From an uncultured Gemmatimonadales bacterium (GTDB taxonomy: Bacteria > Gemmatimonadota > Gemmatimonadetes > Longimicrobiales > Longimicrobiaceae): DNA of 64,000 bases. Location: positions 1,344,001 to 1,408,000 of the forward strand of contig OY970303.1 in the NCBI GenBank assembly GCA_963716255.1. The letters are read 5' to 3'. The position numbers and the translations under genes are program-made. A model generated the notes under the pieces. The model made no database searches. It was not told the origin of the DNA and saw only the letters and a program-made list of their open reading frames with translations. This document shows, piece by piece, positions 57,248 to 64,000 of the stretch (the stretch's first letter is position 1; every line of letters begins with the position of its first letter).

Positions 57248-57568
57248 GTGATCGTCGAATACGTCCGCTACACCATCCCGGAGGGCCGGGGCGAGGCCTT
57301 CGTGCAGGCCTACGCGGCGGCTTCCGCCCCGCTCGCGGCCTCGCCGCACTGCCTGGCGTACGAGCTGTCCGTCTGCGCCGAGGACCCGGCCAGCTACGTG
57401 CTGCGCATCGAGTGGGACTCGGCCGAGGGGCACATGCAGGGCTTCCGCCGCAGCCCGGAGTTCCGCGACTTCTTCGCCACCATCCGCCCGTTCGTCGGCG
57501 ACATCGCCGAGATGCGCCACTACGAGCCGACGGCGGTCCGCGGCCGCAGGGAGCCCGTCGGCGCCTGA
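57248..57568 (+). CDS. Antibiotic biosynthesis monooxygenase (ABM) family protein
   Basis: IVEYVRY..LRIEWDSAEGHMQGFR..EMRHY. Confidence 0.85.
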   Translation: MIVEYVRYTIPEGRGEAFVQAYAAASAPLAASPHCLAYELSVCAEDPASYVLRIEWDSAEGHMQGFRRSPEFRDFFATIRPFVGDIAEMRHYEPTAVRGRREPVGA

Positions 57569-57602
57569 CGAAGGCAGACCCGGCACAGGTCGGGGAGAAG
57601 GT

Positions 57603-57638
57603 ACGACGGGCCCGCGGCGGATGCCGCGGGCCCGTCGT
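57603..57638. terminator. Perfect 16-bp hairpin terminator
   Basis: ACGACGGGCCCGCGGC-GGAT-GCCGCGGGCCCGTCGT. Confidence 0.65.
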
Positions 57639-57653
57639 GTTTCGGGAGCCGGC

Positions 57654-57783
57654 GGCCCCCATCCCCCCGGCCCCCTCCCCCGGGGAGAACGACACGGCGA
57701 GGGTGAGGAACGTCAGCGTGGAGATTCCCCTCTCCCGGAACGGGGGAGGGTGGCGAGCCTCAAGCGAGCCGGGTGGGGGCGCC
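57654..57783. repeat. Family C partial plus family D reverse REP-like elements
   Basis: CCCCCCGGCCCCCTCCCCCG...; GGGAGGGTGGCGAGCCTCAAGCGAGCCGGGTG. Confidence 0.6.
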
Positions 57784-57807
57784 CCCCGCGGACGCCAGCG
57801 CGAGCCC

Positions 57808-57939
57808 CGCGTGAGGGATTCCGGCCCGAAGGGGCGAGACCCCGCGGGCCGTTTCGCGGGGGCTCGACTCCGTTGCAGACGGTCGTTTCGTCTGCTACGG
57901 AGCCGAAGCCCGACCCCGGCGCCAGCCGGGGGCACGCCC
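57808..57939 (-). repeat. Family A structured repeat, copy 11
   Basis: Reverse orientation; stem GCAGACG/CGTCTGC with loop AAACGAC. Confidence 0.95.
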
Positions 57940-57980
57940 GAACCCGCCGTCCAAAGCCATAGCCGTGGCCGTTCAAAAAC

Positions 57981-59846
57981 TCAGGCAGGCGGCGCCACCC
58001 ACCGCTCCGGCGATCGCGAGATGTCCGCCCGGACAAGGTCGCGCATGGACGCCAGCTCCGGCGGTAGCCGGTCCGCCAGGCGCGCGAACAGCTCGTCGTG
58101 CAGGTCCACCTCCCGCCGCCACTCCTCGCGGTCCACCACCATCAGCTCGCGCGCGAACGTGTCGCGCGAAAAATCCAGCCCCGACCAGTCCAGGTCCTCG
58201 TAGCGCGGCATCCACCCCAGCGGGCTCTCCACCGCGTTCGCCCGCCCATGCACCCGCTCCACGATCCAGCGCAGCACCCGCATGTTCTCGCCGAACCCCG
58301 GCCACAGGAAGCGCCCCGCCGCGTCCTTGCGGAACCAGTTCACGGCGAAGATCCGCGGCGGGTCCGGGAGCGCGTGGCCCACCTCCAGCCAGTGGTCGAA
58401 GTAGTCCGCCATGTGGTAGCCGGCGAAGGGGAGCATCGCGAACGGGTCGCGGCGCACCTCGCCCGTCGCCCCGGCCGCCGCCGCCGTGGTCTCCGAGCCC
58501 ATGGTGGCCGCCAGGTACACCCCGAAGTCCCAGTTGGCCGACTCGTAGACCAGCGGCACCACCCCGTTGCGGCGCCCGCCGAAGATGAAGGCGCCGATCT
58601 CCACCCCCTCCGGGTTCTCCCACTCCGGGTCCATGGACGGACACTGCCCCGCGGGCGCGGTGAAGCGGGCGTTGGGGTGCGCCGCGGGGGTGCCCTGCCC
58701 CGGCGTCCAGGGCTGGCCGCGCCAGTCCGTGAGCCCCTCCGGGGGCGCGTCCGTCATCCCCTCCCACCACACGTCGCCGTCCGCCGTCAGCGCCACGTTG
58801 GTGAAGATGGTGTTGGCGCGCAGCGTCGCCATGGCGTTGGGGTTCGACTTCGTGTTGGTGCCCGGCGCCACCCCGAAGAAGCCGGCCTCCGGGTTGATGG
58901 CGCGCAGCCGGCCGTCCGGCCCCGGCTTGATCCAGGCGATGTCGTCGCCGATGGTGGTGACCCTCCACCCCTCGAACGCCGCCGGGGGGATGAGCATGGC
59001 GAAGTTGGTCTTGCCGCAGGCGCTGGGAAAGGCGGCCGCCACGTAGGTCTTTTCCCCCTCCGGCGACTCCACCCCCGTGATCAGCATGTGCTCCGCCAGC
59101 CATCCCTCCTCGCGCGCCATGGCCGAGGCGATGCGCAGCGCGAAGCACTTCTTCCCCAGCAGCGCGTTGCCGCCGTAGCCGCTCCCGTACGACCAGATGG
59201 AGCGCTCCTCCGGGAAGTGGACGATGTACTTTTCCGGGTTGCACGGCCAGGGCACGTCCTGGGCACCCGGCTCCAGCGGCGCCCCCACCGAGTGCAGGCA
59301 GGGCACGAACTCGCCCGCCGCGCCGATGACGTCGTACACGGCGCTCCCCATGCGCGTCATGATGCGCATGTTCACCGCGACGTACGCCGAGTCCGACAGC
59401 TCCACCCCCACGTGCGAGATCGGCGACCCCAGCGGACCCATGCTGAAGGGGACCACGTACAGGGTGCGGCCGCGCATGCAGCCGTCGAACAGGCCGCGCA
59501 GCGTGGCCTTCATCTCCGCCGGGTCCACCCAGTGGTTGGTGGGGCCGGCGTCCTCGCGCCGCGGCGTGCAGATGAAGGTGCGGTCCTCCACGCGCGCCAC
59601 GTCCGAGGGGTCCGACCAGGCCAGGTAGCTGTTGGGCCGCTTCTGCTCGTCCAGCCTGCGGAAGGTGCCCGCGCGCACCAGCTCCCCGCAGAGCGCGTCG
59701 TACTCCTCCTGCGAGCCGTCGCAGAAGTGCACGCGCTCCGGCCGGCAGAGCGCCACCGCCTCCAGGATCCAGGCGCGCAGCCCGGGGTGGCGCAGGGACT
59801 CCGGGAACTCCACCGCCTCCGCGGCACCGTCTGCGATCGTCGCCAT
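57981..59846 (-). CDS. pckG: Phosphoenolpyruvate carboxykinase (GTP)
   Basis: [44 protein letters not shown]. Confidence 0.97.
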   Translation of the reverse strand: MATIADGAAEAVEFPESLRHPGLRAWILEAVALCRPERVHFCDGSQEEYDALCGELVRAGTFRRLDEQKRPNSYLAWSDPSDVARVEDRTFICTPRREDAGPTNHWVDPAEMKATLRGLFDGCMRGRTLYVVPFSMGPLGSPISHVGVELSDSAYVAVNMRIMTRMGSAVYDVIGAAGEFVPCLHSVGAPLEPGAQDVPWPCNPEKYIVHFPEERSIWSYGSGYGGNALLGKKCFALRIASAMAREEGWLAEHMLITGVESPEGEKTYVAAAFPSACGKTNFAMLIPPAAFEGWRVTTIGDDIAWIKPGPDGRLRAINPEAGFFGVAPGTNTKSNPNAMATLRANTIFTNVALTADGDVWWEGMTDAPPEGLTDWRGQPWTPGQGTPAAHPNARFTAPAGQCPSMDPEWENPEGVEIGAFIFGGRRNGVVPLVYESANWDFGVYLAATMGSETTAAAAGATGEVRRDPFAMLPFAGYHMADYFDHWLEVGHALPDPPRIFAVNWFRKDAAGRFLWPGFGENMRVLRWIVERVHGRANAVESPLGWMPRYEDLDWSGLDFSRDTFARELMVVDREEWRREVDLHDELFARLADRLPPELASMRDLVRADISRSPERWVAPPA

Positions 59847-59963
59847 GCTGGTGGGTCTTTTCTCGTGGAAGATCGGGCGGTCCGGGACGGCCGGGCCGCG
59901 GCTGCCGACACGGTAGCGCGCCATGCGGCGGCGGTCAACGCTCGTACTTCAAGGGCAGGGTTC

Positions 59964-60004
59964 GGGCGTGACCCCGGCTGACGCCGGGGCCGGGCTTCGG
60001 CTCC
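59964..60004 (+). repeat. Family A, truncated copy 12 (5' part only)
   Basis: GGGCGTGACCCCGGCTGACGCCGGGGCCGGGCTTCGGCTCC then diverges. Confidence 0.85.
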
Positions 60005-60129
60005 ACGTTGCTTCCCCTGTCCCGTCCGGGAGGGCGCGCTGCATGCGGCGTACCCGTGAAGCAGGAGACCTCCGGCGGAGCGGCGGCTCCACCGGAGGTC
60101 CCGTGCGCGCATGCGTGCGGCGCGGCGGT

Positions 60130-60699
60130 CTAGCGCCGCGGGCCGGTGAGCGACAAGCGCAGGCCCAGGTCGGCGGTGACGAACGCCACCGGGTGGTCGC
60201 CGGCGGGGCCGGAGGCGCCGTAGCGGGTGTAGCCCACGCCCGGGGTGAGCGTCAGGCGGCTTCCCAGCGGCACCCCCATCCCCGCCCCCACCCCGAAGCC
60301 CAGCGCCGCGTCCGTGCTCTCCTCCCCGGCAGAGCTCTCGCCGTCCAGCGAGTGGAGCACCAGCCCGCCGCGCACCCACGCGCCGGCCGGGATCTCCAGG
60401 CGCACTCCGGCGTCCAACCCCCGCGAGGTGAAGACGGGGTCCACGCCGGAGCAGAACCCCTCGTCGTGGCAGCCGAAGCGGGCGAAGGTGTACCCCGCGT
60501 ACGCCGCCACTCCCGGGCGGAAGGCGAAGGAGAGCGCGGCGCTGCCCGCGGGCTGCGGGACGAACTGGAAGCCCGCCTGCGTGGCCCCGTACGAGCCCGC
60601 GCCGGCCCCGCCGCGCAGCTCCAGCGCGAGCTGCGCGGAGGCGGGGGCGGCGGCGAGCAGGGCGAAGGCGGCGAGCGAGGCGGCGAGGACGGGTCTCAT
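60130..60699 (-). CDS. Outer membrane beta-barrel domain protein
   Basis: Signal peptide, alternating beta strands, LGFGVGAG, DLGLRLSL. Confidence 0.72.
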   Translation of the reverse strand: MRPVLAASLAAFALLAAAPASAQLALELRGGAGAGSYGATQAGFQFVPQPAGSAALSFAFRPGVAAYAGYTFARFGCHDEGFCSGVDPVFTSRGLDAGVRLEIPAGAWVRGGLVLHSLDGESSAGEESTDAALGFGVGAGMGVPLGSRLTLTPGVGYTRYGASGPAGDHPVAFVTADLGLRLSLTGPRR

Positions 60700-60733
60700 G
60701 CGGCGGCCGGGGAGCGGGGTTCGCGGGGGGACG

Positions 60734-62635
60734 TCACTGCACCCGGAGGGTGCTGCGGGTGGTGCGCACGCCGTCGGAAAAGAGCACTTCCAGCTGCGGC
60801 GAAGCGGTGCGGAGCGCCGCGCCGCCGTCGCGCGCGAAGGAAAGCACCTCGCCGGTGGCCGGGTCGCGAACCAGCGCCATGGGGCGGCGGGCGGCGTCCC
60901 ACTCCAGGCGCACCTCGCCGCCGGCGCGGCGGCGCAGCGCTGCGGGGGGCGCGATCCGCCCCGCGGCGGAGGGCGCCGAGCGGCGCTCCGCGCTCACGCC
61001 GGGGCCCACCAGGCGGATCCGCTCCAGCCGGTCGGTGTGGGCCAGGCGCGAGGGGATGGCGAAGGCGAACTGGCGCATGCCCTCGTTCACCTCGGCGAGC
61101 GGGCTGCCGCGGAAGGGGACCGAGAACAGGACCGCGCCGGCGGCGTCCAGCCCCTCCACCCGGTACGGCCCCGGCTCGGCGGGGAGCCTGGGGCGGGTGG
61201 TGATCTCGAAGGCGGGCTCCAGCACAGCGCCCTCCGCGTCCATCCGCCCCCACACCAGCAGCGACGGCTCCGCGGCCGCGGCCCGCGCGTCGCCCGAGGT
61301 CTCGCCGTCGCCCGAGGTGCGGAACTGGAGCACGCCCCGGTAGGTGTAGTCGCTGATCCACTCCGGGTCGCAGTACGTCATCAGGTCCTTCTGGATCAGC
61401 GGGCTCTTGGCCTCGCCCCGGAGGACGTCGTAGCCGTGCGCGCCGATCCCTCCGCCCGCGTACGGGAAGTTCGGGTCCGGCCCGGCCGGGCCGCCGCAGG
61501 GCGCGTGCTCCCGCCCCATGTTGTGCCCCAGCTCGTGCGCCAGCGTCCCGGCGCCCGCGGGGAGCGCGTCGTATCCCAGCGCCGCCGGGTAGCCGATGAA
61601 GCCGATCCCCGCGATCCCCACCCCGCCCGGGTGGGTGAGGATGCCGTAGTAGTAGCGGTCGTTGGCGTCCGCCTCCCGCAGCGCGAACATCTCGTTGACC
61701 ATGCGCTGCCAGTTGGTGCTCGTGTTCGCCGTCAGGCTGGTGGAGTAGGGCGTGCGGATGTCCACGTCGTACTCGGCGACGGGGAACATCGCCAGCAGGT
61801 CGCGCACCCACGTCTCCTTGTTGGCGGCGCTGACGTTGCCGGTGGTCCCCGGCCCCGTCTGGCGGATGGGGACCAGCCGCAGCCAGAGCTTGGGCACCGT
61901 GCGGACGTCCAGCGCCAGCGCGCCCGTGGCCGGGTAGCGGAGCTGGCTCCCCTCCTTGAGCGGCACCACGCGGGCGGGGTCGGCCTCCACCACCACCGAA
62001 AGGCCGGGGCGGACCAGCCGCGCCGGGACCATGCCGTTCCACGACCCGGAGTAGTTCGCCTCGCGCACCTCCGAGGGGACGGAGTCCCCTTCCGCCGCCA
62101 GCTCCGTGGTCTGCTGGAGCACCCCGTCCTGGTACAGGAGGACCCGCACCTTCGGGGCGTAGAAGCTGGGCTGGTCCCCCTTTAAAAAGACCCGCAGGAA
62201 CGCGTCGCGCCCCGCCACCAGCGGCACCGACCGGTTCAGCGTCTGCACGCTCTGCGTCAGGTACAGCCCCTCCACCGCCAGGTTCAGGGTGCGCGGGTTC
62301 ACCCGCACCGTCACCCGCGCGCTGAGGCCGGCGATGGCGACCGTGCCGCCGGTGGAGCCGGGCTTCACCGCCACCAGCTCCCCGCCCTGCTCCTCCACCC
62401 GCCCCGGGATGTCGAAGCTCCACGCGGGCGCGGCCCACCCCGGAATGCGCTCGAACGCGTCCCCGTTCTGGTCCAGGACGGTGACGGTGAGCGGGACGGG
62501 GCTGCCCTCCGCCACGGTCACGGTGGTGCTGCTCAGCTGGATGCTGGTGGGCACCCGCTCCGCGTCGGGGAGCAGGTCGGAGCAGCCGGCGAGGACGGCC
62601 GCCGCGAGGACGGCGCAGAGCGGGGATCGCGACAT
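60734..62635 (-). CDS. Lipoprotein metalloprotease (M66-like) with Ig-like N-terminus
   Basis: Lipobox LAGC; AHELGHNMGREHAPCG; DLMTYC..WISDYTY. Confidence 0.85.
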   Translation of the reverse strand: MSRSPLCAVLAAAVLAGCSDLLPDAERVPTSIQLSSTTVTVAEGSPVPLTVTVLDQNGDAFERIPGWAAPAWSFDIPGRVEEQGGELVAVKPGSTGGTVAIAGLSARVTVRVNPRTLNLAVEGLYLTQSVQTLNRSVPLVAGRDAFLRVFLKGDQPSFYAPKVRVLLYQDGVLQQTTELAAEGDSVPSEVREANYSGSWNGMVPARLVRPGLSVVVEADPARVVPLKEGSQLRYPATGALALDVRTVPKLWLRLVPIRQTGPGTTGNVSAANKETWVRDLLAMFPVAEYDVDIRTPYSTSLTANTSTNWQRMVNEMFALREADANDRYYYGILTHPGGVGIAGIGFIGYPAALGYDALPAGAGTLAHELGHNMGREHAPCGGPAGPDPNFPYAGGGIGAHGYDVLRGEAKSPLIQKDLMTYCDPEWISDYTYRGVLQFRTSGDGETSGDARAAAAEPSLLVWGRMDAEGAVLEPAFEITTRPRLPAEPGPYRVEGLDAAGAVLFSVPFRGSPLAEVNEGMRQFAFAIPSRLAHTDRLERIRLVGPGVSAERRSAPSAAGRIAPPAALRRRAGGEVRLEWDAARRPMALVRDPATGEVLSFARDGGAALRTASPQLEVLFSDGVRTTRSTLRVQ

Positions 62636-62832
62636 CGGAGGAGCGGGTGCGGGGAGAGATGGGGGGGCGCGCAGCGTCCGCCGGAGGCGGGAAGGTGCGG
62701 ACTGCGGGCACGCCCGGCCGGCCTGGAAAGATGTTCACGAAATCATCCGCTTGCAAGCGGCACCTGCGCGCGACCCCGTCGCGCCGCGCGGCGCGCACGC
62801 TCCCTTTCCGCCAACACCCAGCGGGCGGCGCC

Positions 62833-62861
62833 TTGTCCCACGGCGTTCACAGTGTTAAGTT
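62833..62861 (+). promoter_or_regulatory. Sigma70-type promoter for DEAD-box helicase
   Basis: TTGTCC-17 bp-TAAGTT. Confidence 0.45.
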
Positions 62862-63019
62862 TAGGAGCTTTCGCGGCGGGGCGGGAGCAGATTTCACTTC
62901 CCCGTACTGGCACAGGACTGGCCCGCACTGGCACCCAGGCTGGACATCGATCCGGAGCCGCACGCCGCGGCTCCTTTTGTTTGCGCCGGATTCGACCTTT
63001 TATCCCTGACGGAATACAC

Positions 63020-64000
63020 ATGGAATTTTCTTCCTTCGGACTGCACCCCGACCTCCTCCGCGGCGTCACCGACCTCGGCTTCACCCGACCCACGCCCATC
63101 CAGGAGCAGGCGCTCCCGGCCGGGCTGGCCGGCAAGGACCTGCTCGCCGCCGCCCAGACGGGAAGCGGCAAGACCGCGGCGTTCCTGCTCCCCATCCTGC
63201 AGCGGCTCATCGAACAGCCGCGCGGCAGGACGCGGGCGCTGATCCTGACGCCCACGCGCGAGCTGGCCGCGCAGATCCACGAGCACTTCGAGGCGCTCGC
63301 CAAGTACACCCGCCTCCGCGGCGCCGCCGTGTTCGGCGGGGTGGGGATGAACCCGCAGGAGCAGGCCTTCCGCACCGGCGTGGACGTGATCATCGCCACC
63401 CCCGGGCGCCTCCTGGACCACTTCCAGAACGCCTACGCGCGGCTGGACTCGCTGGAAGTGCTGGTGCTGGACGAGGCCGACCGGATGCTGGACATGGGCT
63501 TCCTCCCCGACATCCGGCGCGTGCTCCGGCACATCCCCGCGAAGCGGCAGACGCTGTTCTTCTCGGCGACCATGCCCGCGCCCATCGTGGAGCTGTCGCG
63601 CGACATGCTGCGCTCGCCGGAGGCCATCAACATCGAGCGCAAGCAGGCCCCCGCCACCGGCGTGGCGCAGGCGCTCTACCCGGTGAACGAGGAGCTCAAG
63701 GCGCACCTGTTCCTGGAGCTGCTGAAGCGCGGCGAGATCGGCAACGTGATCGTCTTCACCCGCACCAAGCACCGCGCCAACCGCCTTTCCGACTTCCTGG
63801 AGAAGCACGGCGTCCACAACGCCCGCATCCACGGCAACCGCAGCCAGGCGCAGCGCACCGAGGCGCTGGCCGGCTTCAAGAACGGGCGCTTCCGGGTGCT
63901 GGTGGCCACCGACATCGTGGCGCGCGGGATCGACGTGGAGGCGCTGGAGCACGTGGTCAACTTCGACGTGCCGCACCTCCCGGAGGACTATATCCACCGC
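63020..64000 (+). CDS. DEAD-box RNA helicase (RhlE-like), runs off window end
   Basis: Manual translation: PTPIQ, AQTGSGKT, PTRELA, TPGRL, LDEADRMLDMGF, SAT, ARGID. Confidence 0.95.
   Translation, partial: MEFSSFGLHPDLLRGVTDLGFTRPTPIQEQALPAGLAGKDLLAAAQTGSGKTAAFLLPILQRLIEQPRGRTRALILTPTRELAAQIHEHFEALAKYTRLRGAAVFGGVGMNPQEQAFRTGVDVIIATPGRLLDHFQNAYARLDSLEVLVLDEADRMLDMGFLPDIRRVLRHIPAKRQTLFFSATMPAPIVELSRDMLRSPEAINIERKQAPATGVAQALYPVNEELKAHLFLELLKRGEIGNVIVFTRTKHRANRLSDFLEKHGVHNARIHGNRSQAQRTEALAGFKNGRFRVLVATDIVARGIDVEALEHVVNFDVPHLPEDYIHR

Noticed and set aside
490..57939. Family A as integron attC sites
   Set aside because: Variable-sequence hairpins near stop codons are attC-like, but there are no RYYYAAC/GTTRRRY termini, the fold is multibranched, orientation is mixed, housekeeping genes are adjacent and there is no intI.
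490..60004. Family A repeats as a CRISPR array
   Set aside because: Copies are dispersed kilobases apart in both orientations, variable parts are self-complementary stems rather than spacers, and no cas genes are present.

Overview
Very GC-rich bacterial chromosomal segment. Gene content (TonB receptors, lipoprotein proteases, GTP-PEPCK) is compatible with a Gemmatimonadota/Longimicrobium-like organism, which is an inference only. About 60 CDS can be supported: housekeeping genes (tdk, pckG, DEAD-box helicase, IMPase, double-domain ALDH), a probable copper-uptake locus, two TA modules (hicBA, MNT-HEPN), a radical SAM/TIGR03915 DNA-repair pair, an ECF sigma module and a speD-DUF4178-DUF350-membrane speE polyamine operon. 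No rRNA, tRNA, CRISPR array, transposase or integrase was seen. The most striking non-gene signal is a dispersed ~130-bp multi-hairpin repeat (family A; 11 full copies plus 1 truncated). Its stems differ between copies by compensatory changes while loops and mismatches stay fixed. One of its hairpin modules is reused three times in a second family (B; 4 copies). Other candidates for new biology are two orphan Cys-rich RiPP-like precursors sharing an LVLxRETVR leader, a ubiquitin-like (C-terminal LVGG) protein paired with a DUF4132 protein, and an ECF sigma gene frameshifted at a G7 tract. All family assignments come from motif recognition by eye; no searches were run.
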